Translations under genes and position numbers: made by a program
Source of the DNA: SAR202 cluster bacterium bin22
Lineage (GTDB): Bacteria; Chloroflexota; Dehalococcoidia; Lucifugimonadales; UBA3495
Direction of reading: 5' to 3'
Length of the DNA: 64,000 bases
Assembly (NCBI GenBank): GCA_002238505.1
Contig: MPMM01000008.1
Span: forward strand, 34,589-98,588
Notes under the pieces: generated by a model
What the model was told of the DNA's origin: nothing
Seen by the model: only the letters and a program-made list of their open reading frames with translations
Database searches by the model: none
In this document: in pieces, positions 24,662 to 33,943 of the stretch
Layout: the number at the start of each line of letters is the position of its first letter
Position numbering within the stretch: position 1 is the first letter of the stretch

Positions 24662-26929
24662 ATGGCGAATAACCCGGACATCCTGAAGGGCAGTGGTCCC
24701 CGCCTCCTGACCGTATCGGCATTGGCCCTCTTACTGCTCTTGTCAGTGGCCTGTCAGACATCGGCCCCTGCTACCAGTGTCCCAACTCCCACGCCAAACA
24801 TCGCAGAAAGCGACCGTCTCCTGGCCCTGGCCCGGAAGTCCTACGACCAGGGCAAGTTCCAGGAAGCCTTCCAGTACTACCAGAAGTCCCAGCAGGCACG
24901 GGTTATTCCCGACGCCGCGATCCAGAACGAAACGGGGCAGACCCTGGCGCGGTTGGAACTATATCAACAGGCCCTGTCCCACTACTCCCAGGCCATAGAA
25001 CTGAATGACAACACTGCCACCAGGGTAAAGCGCGGCTTTGCCCTCATCGCCACTGGCCACTGGGATGAAGCCCGGAACGACGCCCAGGTCGCCCTGGACT
25101 TGATCTCCCAAGGGCAAGGATCCGCCGACCTGCAAGCGCAAGCCCACGAAATCCTGGCCTATTCCCACGCCAGGCTCCAGCAGCACGAAAAGGCCGTGGA
25201 ACACGTTGACCAGGCCATTGCCTCGGTAGCCGACGCCGCGGGCATCAGTGGCAGCTGGGTTCAGCGGCTGAGCCACTTCGTTGACATGGTGAACGAGGTG
25301 CGCCGGGAAAAGGGAACCTCCCAGGACATTGCCGTCTATCCCGCACTGGACCAAATGACTGAAGCGATAGCATGGTTGGAAACGGGAGACCTGGACAGAG
25401 CCCAGGCGCTGCTCGAAAGGAGCGCTCATCTCCATCAGGGTGATTCCTGGTTCATCGAATCCATGATGTCCAAGTCCGCCGGACAGATGGGGCATACGGA
25501 AAGAGCCGATGAGAAACACGTTTGGGCTGTAACGCTTCGGGACGGCCCAGCCCACCCGGGGAACCGCGCAGAGATAGTTCGGGCGGTGAAGGAATGTCCT
25601 TCGCCGGAGAGTTACTCCACCATATACGGGCCTCACCCGTGGAGCGCCTGCCCCGCGGAACAGGTGACGGCAGCCCAACTGATGGACCGAGCTGAAGCGA
25701 TAGCCGGCATCTACCAGGAAGCAAAGGCGAGGGAGATAACTACTCCCATACCTTCGCCTACACCTCAGCCGACGCCGAGACCTACCTCTACGCCCAGAGC
25801 CCCAACGCCAACGCCAACGCCAACACCAACGCCGACTCTGACCCCCACTCCAACCTTGCGGCCACCGACCGCAACGCCAACAGTTACGCCAACTCCGACG
25901 CCGGTACCTGACCCGGAGCTGCGTCACCTTGAAGAGAAGCAGTACATGCTGGAGCTAATCAACTCAGAGCGAAAAAGGGCCGGCTTGGGCACTGTGTCGC
26001 TGGGCGACAACACTGCCGCCCAGTTGCACGCGGAGTCCTCACTGGACAACTGCTTCTCAGCTCATTGGGGCGCCGACGGGCTGAAGCCTTACATGCGGTA
26101 CAGTCTGGCCGGCGGCTATCAGAGTAATGCTGAGAACGGGAGCGGACTTGACTACTGCATAAGGGCGGCGGATGGATACCGGGCAAACCAGTCCATCAAG
26201 GAAGAAATCCGGGAAGCTATGCAAGGTTTAATGGATAGCCCGGGCCACCGCAGGAACATCCTGAACAAATGGCACAAGAAGGTAAACATAGGATTGGCAT
26301 GGGACAGGTACAACTTTGTTGCCTACCAACACTTTGAAGGGGACTACGTGGAGTACGACTCTCTACCGACCTTGGCAGACGGAAAATTGACCATGGCCGG
26401 CGATACCAGGAACGGTGCCGGTTTCAGGAACAGGCGCGACCTGGGAGTGACCGTGTTCTTCGACCCGCCTCCACATCATCTGACCCGGGGGCAGTTGGCA
26501 AGAACTTACTGCGTGACTAGCGGTCTTCGGGTAGCCGGACTGAGAGAACGCCTGACGGGAGGTTCCTACTGGACAACCCATAACTATACTACGACGATGA
26601 CAGCATGCCCTGATCCATATGACGTGCCGGCCTCGGCGCCTGGGCCCAGGTCACCCAATGAGGCTCATGCGTTTTGGCGAGAAGCATATACAAAAAGCTC
26701 CCTCACCCCTTCACGAATTGTAACGGTTCCATGGATCGACGCTGAGAAATTTGAGGCCAGTGGCAATTCCTTCTCCGTTAAGGCGGATCTCAAGGATGTA
26801 ATCAGGAAACACGGCGACGGAGTCTATACAATCATCGTCTGGGGCAAGTCGGGCGGGGAGACACTGCTGATATCCGAATATTCCATCTTCTATGGCACAG
26901 ATCCCCCGGATACCTACTCTTCCAGGTAA
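24662..26929 (+). CDS. lipoprotein with TPR repeats, PT-rich linker and CAP/SCP (YkwD-like) domain
   Basis: Lipobox 'LLLLSVAC'. TPR-like '[16 protein letters not shown]'. Linker '[16 protein letters not shown]'. CAP motifs '[12 protein letters not shown]', 'AHWGADG' and '[11 protein letters not shown]'. Confidence 0.8.
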   Translation: MANNPDILKGSGPRLLTVSALALLLLLSVACQTSAPATSVPTPTPNIAESDRLLALARKSYDQGKFQEAFQYYQKSQQARVIPDAAIQNETGQTLARLELYQQALSHYSQAIELNDNTATRVKRGFALIATGHWDEARNDAQVALDLISQGQGSADLQAQAHEILAYSHARLQQHEKAVEHVDQAIASVADAAGISGSWVQRLSHFVDMVNEVRREKGTSQDIAVYPALDQMTEAIAWLETGDLDRAQALLERSAHLHQGDSWFIESMMSKSAGQMGHTERADEKHVWAVTLRDGPAHPGNRAEIVRAVKECPSPESYSTIYGPHPWSACPAEQVTAAQLMDRAEAIAGIYQEAKAREITTPIPSPTPQPTPRPTSTPRAPTPTPTPTPTPTLTPTPTLRPPTATPTVTPTPTPVPDPELRHLEEKQYMLELINSERKRAGLGTVSLGDNTAAQLHAESSLDNCFSAHWGADGLKPYMRYSLAGGYQSNAENGSGLDYCIRAADGYRANQSIKEEIREAMQGLMDSPGHRRNILNKWHKKVNIGLAWDRYNFVAYQHFEGDYVEYDSLPTLADGKLTMAGDTRNGAGFRNRRDLGVTVFFDPPPHHLTRGQLARTYCVTSGLRVAGLRERLTGGSYWTTHNYTTTMTACPDPYDVPASAPGPRSPNEAHAFWREAYTKSSLTPSRIVTVPWIDAEKFEASGNSFSVKADLKDVIRKHGDGVYTIIVWGKSGGETLLISEYSIFYGTDPPDTYSSR

Positions 26930-27076
26930 TAGCCCTATGGTCTTGCGTGTGAAGAGTTAAGGCTCAGTTATTCGTCTGAGTCCGCAAACCGAAACTCCCA
27001 CCAGACAAGACTATCGCATCTTAACATTGTCCCAATCTGCACAAGGTCCCTCAACAAAAAGGAACGCCACCCCGCG

Positions 27077-27479
27077 CCCCCAGCCGAAGGACCTCAAATC
27101 CTTCCTGACTGTCCGCTCGCAGGTCCGAAACCCCCTTTGCGGTATGCGGCCGCCACTCCGCCTGGCATAAGTCCTGTCGCCCTGAGCTTGCCGAAGGGCC
27201 TCAAATCCCTCCTGACTGTCCGGCTAAGGCCCCGAACCCCGGTCTGGGGAATGGCATACCCCCCGCCGCCCCCGCCCCACCCCCGTCGTTCCCGCCTGCG
27301 GGGGAACCTCGCACCCGTCCGCCCCTAACCTGAACCCGCCCGTGGTTAACCCCGCCCCCGTTCGTGGTGAGCCCGTCGAACCACCCCGCCGCCACCCACA
27401 AGCCAATGCCGCCCTGCGCCTAGCCGAAGGGCCTGAAATCGCCGCCACACTACAAGCCAGGGGCAACTCAACCCTCGCC
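27077..27479 (+). repeat. composite repeat block (right copy) flanking the TPR-CAP gene
   Basis: Direct repeat of 23662-24171, high identity by eye. Confidence 0.8.
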
Positions 27480-27535
27480 AACGTAAGTCCCTCAACAAAA
27501 ATCCCATGCCACCCCGCCCCCCGCCGAAGGGCCTA

Positions 27536-27698
27536 AACCAAATCCGGGGTGAGATGTGCATTGCATTTCCATCGGCTATGGTATGCCATCTATCGGGCAT
27601 GACGCTTAAGCCGAATTTGATATGGCTCCCGGGTAGGGGCGCACGGCCGTGCGCCCCTACGGTTCGGGGAAAATCTGAACCACTCCAATGCCAGGTAC
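27536..27698 (+). repeat. ~165-bp dispersed repeat, family E
   Basis: The reverse complement of 37442-37603 aligns along its whole length. The element contains the hairpin 'gtaggggcgcacggccgtgcgcccctac'. Confidence 0.8.
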
Positions 27699-27880
27699 GC
27701 TCGATCTAGTTTTCACCGTGGCTTTGGCCCCAAACCCTTCTCCGTTGCCCCGCTCGCAGGTCCGATATCCGGTCTGCGGCATGACGTTTGCACCCCCAAA
27801 CCACCACCCACCACCACCCCCAACCCTCCTCCTGCTAAAATTACCCAAACCCTTACCTGCTGCAGGAGGACACCCAACGG

Positions 27881-29068
27881 TTGGCTCGCCTGTCACGCCT
27901 CATACTCACCAACTTCCGCAACTTCGCCGCGCTGGACCTGGCTGTCCCTTCCGGCGTCGTCGTCTTCTATGGCGCCAATGCCCAGGGGAAAACCACCCTC
28001 CTGGAGGCCGTGTACCTGCTGGCCATCGCCCGCTCCTTCCGTGCCGAGAACGAACGCGAGGTTGTCAGCTTCTCCGCCGCCGCCTCCGGTGAGCCGGCCC
28101 TGGTGGGCGGTATCCTCGACAAAGCCGGCGATCGGGTTCAGGTCTATGTCGGGTATTCCTGCACCCTGCCCTCCTCCACCGTCCCCCGCCAGGGCAGCGG
28201 CGGGGCGGGGCTCAACTACTCGGTGCGCAAGGAAATTCGCGTTAACCGCATTCGCCGCACCGCCGCCGACCTCGTGGGCACCGTCGGCGCCGTCCTCTTC
28301 AACGCCGAGGACATCGACCTGGTCCAGGGCCCTCCCTCCGGACGCCGCCGCTACCTCGACATCCTCATTTCCCAGGGCAATCCCCTCTATCTCAAGGCCC
28401 TCCAGCGGTACACCCAGATAGTCCGCCAGCGGAACCGTCTCCTGCGTCTCCTCCGCGAGGGCCGCGCCGAAAGCGGCGAGCTTGAATTCTGGGACGACCG
28501 CCTCGTAACCGAGGGCGCCTGGCTCTGCTGGCAGCGCTCCGAAGCCCTCACCCGGCTCGGCCAGTTGTGCGCCGACCACCACCGTTCCCTTACCAGCCCC
28601 GGGGAACTCCTGTCCCTTCATCACCTCCCCAGCGTTCCCGTGGGCGACAGTGTTGAAGCCACGGCCCAGCATTTTCGGAGCGCGCTGGCCGACCTCCGCC
28701 CCCGCGAACTGGCCACTGGCAGCACTGCCCTGGGTCCCCACCGCGACGACTTCAAGCTCCTGGTGGACGGCGTGGACATGGGTACCTTCGCCTCTCGCGG
28801 ACAGGCCCGCACCCTGTCCCTGTCCCTCCGCCTGGCCGAGGCATCCTACCTGCTCCAGGTCCGCCAGGACGAACCGGTGGTGCTGCTGGACGATGTGTTG
28901 TCCGAAATGGACGAGGATCGTCGCTCCCGCGTTCTCGGGAAGATTGTCCACTACGGCCAGACCCTCATCACCACCACCGACCTCGACCTGGTTCACAGCT
29001 ACTTTGGCAGCCAGGCCACCTACTTCCGCGTCCACAACGGCGCCGTCACCCCCCTGCAAACCATGTGA
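27881..29068 (+). CDS. recF: DNA replication and repair protein RecF
   Basis: 'LILTNFRNF..FYGANAQGKTTLLEAVYLL' (Walker A) and 'VVLLDDVLSEMDEDRR' (Walker B/D-loop). TTG start. Confidence 0.9.
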   Translation: MARLSRLILTNFRNFAALDLAVPSGVVVFYGANAQGKTTLLEAVYLLAIARSFRAENEREVVSFSAAASGEPALVGGILDKAGDRVQVYVGYSCTLPSSTVPRQGSGGAGLNYSVRKEIRVNRIRRTAADLVGTVGAVLFNAEDIDLVQGPPSGRRRYLDILISQGNPLYLKALQRYTQIVRQRNRLLRLLREGRAESGELEFWDDRLVTEGAWLCWQRSEALTRLGQLCADHHRSLTSPGELLSLHHLPSVPVGDSVEATAQHFRSALADLRPRELATGSTALGPHRDDFKLLVDGVDMGTFASRGQARTLSLSLRLAEASYLLQVRQDEPVVLLDDVLSEMDEDRRSRVLGKIVHYGQTLITTTDLDLVHSYFGSQATYFRVHNGAVTPLQTM

Positions 29069-29817
29069 CGCTCCCCCGGTACGGTCAGGTTTCAAACCCG
29101 CTCCTGACCCTGCCAACAAAGGAACCTGAAAGAACCCCAACACCCACGGCAATGGCCCAGGCCAACAGCGCCATCGCGCCCAAAGCTCAAACCATAGGAG
29201 GCCCCAACCCCCCCAACCCATAACCCATGTCGCCCTGAGCCTGCCGAAGGGCCTCAAAACCTTCCCGACTCTCCGGTTGCAGCCACGATACCTGCTCTTC
29301 CGGATGCGGCCCACCCCCCCAACCCGCCAGTCATGTCGCCCTGAGCCTGCCGAAGGGCCTACAATCCATACCACATACCATGCCCAGCCGACCGCAACCA
29401 ACACCAAAACCGAAGTTCCCCCCTCGCCCTATGGGAGAGGGGCCGGGGGTGAGGGCCCCCCTCCGCGTACAACTCCCCCCGTTCGCCCTGCGCCTGGCCG
29501 AAGCCCCCAAACCCTCGTAGGGGCAGACCCACGTGTCTGCCCTGGCTGCTGCCCATTCAACCAACCCAATTCCCAAAAATTAGTCCCCCCGTTCGCCCTG
29601 CGCCTGCCGAAGGGCCGCAAAACCTTCCCTACTGTCCGGCTACGGGCCCGATAGTTGGTCTGCCGGATGCGGCCGAAGCCCCCGACCCGCCAGTCATGTC
29701 GCCCTGAGCCTGCCGAAGGGCCTCAAAACCCTACCGACTGTCCGGCTACGGGCCCAAAAGCTACTTCGCGGAATGGTGTTTCGATTCCTTTATCCTTCCA
29801 CAACGACAATTTCCTTA
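29069..29817. repeat. intergenic mosaic of short repeat families
   Basis: Contains 'gtcgccctgagcctgccgaagggcct.aaa' units (about 29229, 29336, 29590, 29697), 'ccccctcgccctatgggagaggggccgggggtgaggg' (29417-29455), and hairpins 'ggtttcaaacccgc' and 'gtaggggcagacccacgtgtctgccc'. Confidence 0.8.
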
Positions 29818-30023
29818 GGGAGCGTCGTCCAAAGCCGAGTTTCGTCTTTCCGGCGCAGGCCGGAATCCAGAGCCCTCGTAAGCTTCGTCATTCTGGCGAA
29901 AGCCGGAATCCAGACCCGTCGTAAGAATGGGTGATATGCTCCGCGATATACCAGAGTCCTGGTATATCGCCTGCTTACACCCGCTACCCAACCGGCAGGA
30001 AGGACCAATTTGACGACAGCCCC
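29818..30023. mobile_element. MITE-like element, family 1 (copy C, 206 bp)
   Basis: Left end 'ttagggagcgtcgtccaaa', right end 'tttgacgacagcccc'. The right TIR runs into the MFS stop codon (minus strand reads gat-TAG-gggctgtcgtcaaa). Confidence 0.6.
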
Positions 30024-31255
30024 TAATCCAGCCGTCGTATGTTTGGCATGCCGATCATGGTCATGATGCTGACGACGCTGAGTATGGCGCCGTTTATCAG
30101 CAGTGCCCCCGGGGCTCCCACTATCCCGGCCAGTGCTCCCACTCCCACGTGTCCCACCGGCGCAAATCCGATGCTCAACACCCAGGAACCCATGGCTCGC
30201 CCCCTTTCCTCGTCAGACACAAGCTCCTGCATGAGGGTCTTGTACAGGGTGTCAACTGCCATGGCACAGGCGTTGACGAACAGCAGCACCCCCAGGAATG
30301 AGTAGATGTTTCCGGACAGGGAGAAGCACATCAGCCCGCCGCCAAATCCGATGGCCGTTACGAACATCAGCAGTCCCTTCTTCCGGTAAGCGCCCAGGCC
30401 GGCCAGCAGCCACAAGCCCAGCAGGCCCCCGGTCTGGCGTCCTGCGGTCATAATGCCCAGTCCCGTCGGCCCCACGTGCAGAACGTCCTTGGCAAACACC
30501 GGGAGCAGGGTCATGTGGGTAAAGCCCAATACCTCGGTAACCGCCGTCAGCAGCATCAGCGCCAGAAGGAAGCGACGACTGCGCAGGAGGCTGAGGTAGC
30601 CCACCAGGTTCCCCCATACCGATACGAAGGCTGTGCGGGTGGACCTCCCCGGGTTGGTGAGGGCCAGGGTTGCCAGCGCGCCGCACAGGTAGCAGACCCC
30701 CGCCGCCACAAATTGCCAGCCGGCGCCGGCAATCTCGATGAGAGCCCCGGAAGCCAGGGACCCGACTATTCCCCCACCCTGCATGGCCATGGCCCCTAGG
30801 GCCAGCCCGTTCAGGGAAAGGCCGGAACCCACGATGTCGAAGGTATAAGTCTGCCGGACCGTAAGGGTGAAGGCGAACATGGTGCCCAGGGCCGCAACCA
30901 GTCCAATCACCAGCCACACATTGGTCAGGCTCCCCAGTAGCAGCAACAGGGCCATCACGAACGCCACTGCCGCAGCGCCCACGTTGCCGATTCGCAGCAG
31001 CAACCGCCGGTCCCAGCGGTCGGTGATGGCCCCGGACAGTATGCCGAACAGGAAGAAGGGCAGCATGCGGGCCGCGGCCCCTACGCCCACCATCAACTCG
31101 GACCCGGTAAGCTCGAAGATGAGCCACCCCACCGAGACTTGCTCCATCCCCGTAGCCAGGGAATAAAGGAGCGTGGATGCCCAGAGCAGGCGGAAATCCC
31201 TGATGCGCAGTGAGGCCGACCAGTTCCCAATACCAATCATTGGCCGATGATACAC
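30023..31255 (-). CDS. MFS transporter
   Basis: 410 aa with ~12 hydrophobic spans. 'GAITDRWDRRLLL' loop motif. Confidence 0.85.
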   Translation of the reverse strand: MYHRPMIGIGNWSASLRIRDFRLLWASTLLYSLATGMEQVSVGWLIFELTGSELMVGVGAAARMLPFFLFGILSGAITDRWDRRLLLRIGNVGAAAVAFVMALLLLLGSLTNVWLVIGLVAALGTMFAFTLTVRQTYTFDIVGSGLSLNGLALGAMAMQGGGIVGSLASGALIEIAGAGWQFVAAGVCYLCGALATLALTNPGRSTRTAFVSVWGNLVGYLSLLRSRRFLLALMLLTAVTEVLGFTHMTLLPVFAKDVLHVGPTGLGIMTAGRQTGGLLGLWLLAGLGAYRKKGLLMFVTAIGFGGGLMCFSLSGNIYSFLGVLLFVNACAMAVDTLYKTLMQELVSDEERGRAMGSWVLSIGFAPVGHVGVGALAGIVGAPGALLINGAILSVVSIMTMIGMPNIRRLD

Positions 31256-31299
31256 CCATCACCGGCGCTGTCCCCTGCGGCCCCAATCCTTCCAGGGTA

Positions 31300-31900
31300 T
31301 TTCGATTATCTTGATAGAGTCTCTCCCCCCGTTCGTCCTGAGCCTGTCGAGGGGCCGCCCGGAATGGTGTTTGGACTACTTGGAGACTATCTCAAAATCC
31401 CTTCCCCCTCGACGGGGGAAGGTTAGGATGGGGGTGATCCCTTCCTCCCATGACGGGGGAAGGGCAGAGCCTGTCCTGAGCCTGCCGAAGGAATGGGGGT
31501 GAGGGCCCATCCGCAGGTCAACCCCTGCATTTGTACTCAAAATCCCCCCTCGCCCTATGGGAGAGGGGCCGGGGGTGAGGGCCGTCCCCCTCTCACCTAG
31601 GCGCAGGGGAAAGACAGAGGCCATTCCAATAATCCCTTCCCCCTCGACGGGGGAAGGTCAGAGCCTGTCCTGAGCCTGCCGAAGGAATGGGGGTGAAGGC
31701 CCACCCGCAACCGACCCTGAAAACCCAAAATCCCCCCTCGCCCTATGGGAGAGGGGCCGGGGGTGAGGGCCACCCCCCAAACCATGTCGCCCTGAGCCTG
31801 CCGAAGGGCCTGAAACCCTTCCCGCCAGTCCGGCTACGGGTCCGAAACCCGCTTCGCGGAATTGTGTTGGTATTACCTAAACCTTCCACAGCAACAATCT
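31300..31900. repeat. intergenic mosaic of short repeat families
   Basis: Copies of 'tcccttccccctcgacgggggaagg..' (31398, 31437, 31633), 'ccccctcgccctatgggagaggggccgggggtgaggg' (31544-31581, 31732-31770) and 'gtcgccctgagcctgccgaagggcctgaaa' (31786-). Confidence 0.8.
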
Positions 31901-32039
31901 CCCCAAAGCCCGATTGCTCGTGGTAAGGGCCCCCGTCAAAAAAGGCCCCGGTGATATACTTTTCGTAGTCAAAACGCAGAAACCATTTCTTAATCTCCCC
32001 CATGGCATTCTGCAGGCGCGGGGAAGGCAGAGGAGAAAA

Positions 32040-33305
32040 ATGCATTTCCTGGAACCCTGGCTGCAAGAACTGGGCCTCGTAGCCCAGGCGTGGCATCCCG
32101 TTATCGCCTTTTCCATATTCCTCACCGGGGCGGTCTTTGCCTTCCTGTTCCACACGGTCATCTACCCCGTTGTTCTGAGGTTCACCAACTTCACCCCCCC
32201 CAACCTCGACGTAAGCCTGCTCCAGGCCTTTCGCCGCCCGCTGACCCTGGGAATTCTCGTGGGAGGCCTCTACCTGTCCCTGGTCCTGACCTTCGACTTC
32301 ACCCTTACGGTAAGGCATGCCATCGACCGCGCCGCCGGCCTCATCGGCCTGGTGTTGGGAGTCTTTGCCGCCAGCGGTTTGGTATCCGCCCTGTTCAACT
32401 GGTACTACGACGAGATTTCTCCCCATACTCCCACCACCCTGGACGACCGCATCATCCCCATGCTCCGGCGCATTGGCATGGGCCTCGTTTATGCCTTGGG
32501 CGGCCTCCTGGTCCTAGACCTGTTGAATGTCAACATCAGCCCCATCCTGGCCAGCCTTGGCCTCGGCGGTCTGGCGGTGGCCCTCGCCCTCCAGCCCACC
32601 CTGTCCAACCTCTTTGCCGGTACCTACGTTATGACCGAGGGGGTCGTAAGCCAGGGCGACTACATCGAACTGGAGAACAACGTGGCCGGCTATGTCATCG
32701 ACGTCGGCTGGCGCAGCACCCGTCTGCGCACCTGGACCAATAACCTGGTGGTTGTGCCCAACTCTCGTTTCGCCGAAACCATCATCACCAACTTCCAGGG
32801 ACCCATCCCGGCGGTGAACATCTACCTCACCTGCGGCGTAAGCTACGACAGTGACCTCGTCCGGGTGGAACAGGTCTGCAGGGAAGAAATGGACCGCCTT
32901 CTGGAGTCGGACCCTCGCGCTGTGAAGGACTACGGCGCCTACTTCGCCTACGAGTCCTTCGACGATTCCAACATTACTTTCTATCTCTTCATCCAGGCTC
33001 GCGACCGCATCGCCAGCTTCGAGGTCCAGTCCGAGCTTATCCGCATGGTTCACCAGCGCTTCCTGGAAGAAAACATCGTCATCAACTACCCCATGCGCAC
33101 CATCAACTTCGCTGGCGAGCCGGTTTCCGGAATGTCAGCGCAGGCAAACGCCGGAAGCGGTCAACCCGGCCCCCAACGGGCAGTCGCCTACCGAGCCCAG
33201 GGTACTGCGCCAGTGGGCAGCGGCGGTCAGGAAGCCCCGGCCTCCAGCGTCGCCCACGCCGAAGGCCCGGATGGTCCGGACGCGCCGGGACCGGACTTCG
33301 GGTGA
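32040..33305 (+). CDS. mechanosensitive ion channel (MscS family)
   Basis: 'LASLGLGGLAVALALQPTLSNLFAGTYVMTEGVVSQGDYIEL..GYVIDVGWRSTRLRTWTNNLVVVPNSRF'. The ATG at 32040 follows GGAGAAAAA. Confidence 0.85.
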   Translation: MHFLEPWLQELGLVAQAWHPVIAFSIFLTGAVFAFLFHTVIYPVVLRFTNFTPPNLDVSLLQAFRRPLTLGILVGGLYLSLVLTFDFTLTVRHAIDRAAGLIGLVLGVFAASGLVSALFNWYYDEISPHTPTTLDDRIIPMLRRIGMGLVYALGGLLVLDLLNVNISPILASLGLGGLAVALALQPTLSNLFAGTYVMTEGVVSQGDYIELENNVAGYVIDVGWRSTRLRTWTNNLVVVPNSRFAETIITNFQGPIPAVNIYLTCGVSYDSDLVRVEQVCREEMDRLLESDPRAVKDYGAYFAYESFDDSNITFYLFIQARDRIASFEVQSELIRMVHQRFLEENIVINYPMRTINFAGEPVSGMSAQANAGSGQPGPQRAVAYRAQGTAPVGSGGQEAPASSVAHAEGPDGPDAPGPDFG

Positions 33306-33536
33306 TTGCAGGGTCTCCCACCGAATCCCGGATTACTGAATGCATGCGTCATATCACCCGCTCTTGCACGTAATCCCACCAACCTTTTCTATATATAGAT
33401 AACATACGCTATAAATGCCAATTTAATTGCGAATTATGAGCGCAATGTGTATATTTGCGCTTGTTCCCTACTGTTGTTCTGGGAAACCCTCACACCGGGA
33501 GTCCTGCCCTTAAATCCAGACTAATCGAGGTTAAGC

Positions 33537-33923
33537 ATGATGTACCTGAGAAGGCTTTGTCTCTACGCATTCCTCGGCCTTATCCCCATCATGCTGCTTG
33601 CCTGCCAGGGGGAAAGCGCCCCGGACACCCAGCCTGAGCCCGCCAGCGCAGCCCAACCTTCCCAGCCCAGTGGGGGCGCGCCTGCCAACGCAGCCCAGTC
33701 CGCGGTAACCCCGGCCCCCATAGAACCGCAACAATCTGCCGCATCCATGTCCGCCGCCGCGCCGGGCAACACGCCAGAATCCGCTGCCACCCCCGCTGTC
33801 GAGCCAACGGCAATACCCATACCAACCGAGACGCCCGCTGCTACCCCTACCCCTACCCCTGCTCCGACTCCGACGCCAACTCCGACGCCGGAACCCCCGC
33901 CGCCACTCCGGCGCCTCCTCTGA
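33537..33923 (+). CDS. lipoprotein signal peptide + PT-rich linker (probable 5' part of a frameshifted gene)
   Basis: Lipobox 'IMLLAC', followed only by a low-complexity A/P/T linker up to TGA at 33921. Confidence 0.5.
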   Translation: MMYLRRLCLYAFLGLIPIMLLACQGESAPDTQPEPASAAQPSQPSGGAPANAAQSAVTPAPIEPQQSAASMSAAAPGNTPESAATPAVEPTAIPIPTETPAATPTPTPAPTPTPTPTPEPPPPLRRLL

Positions 33924-33943
33924 CTCCCACCGAAATCAGTGAC

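Noticed and set aside
27893-29407. Long antisense ORFs opposite well-supported genes. Examples: 27893-29407 (504 aa, opposite recF), 15574-16485, 17020-17766, 35857-36981, 40058-41173, 41022-42218, 42298-43668, 44396-45334, 46100-47143, 49553-50809, 52259-53377, 53730-54500, 55625-56701, 58631-59713, 60187-61299, 62564-63397.
   Set aside because: These are typical high-GC shadow frames. They have G/A/V/H/R-rich composition, no recognisable motifs and no RBS, and each fully overlaps a gene with clear family signatures on the other strand.
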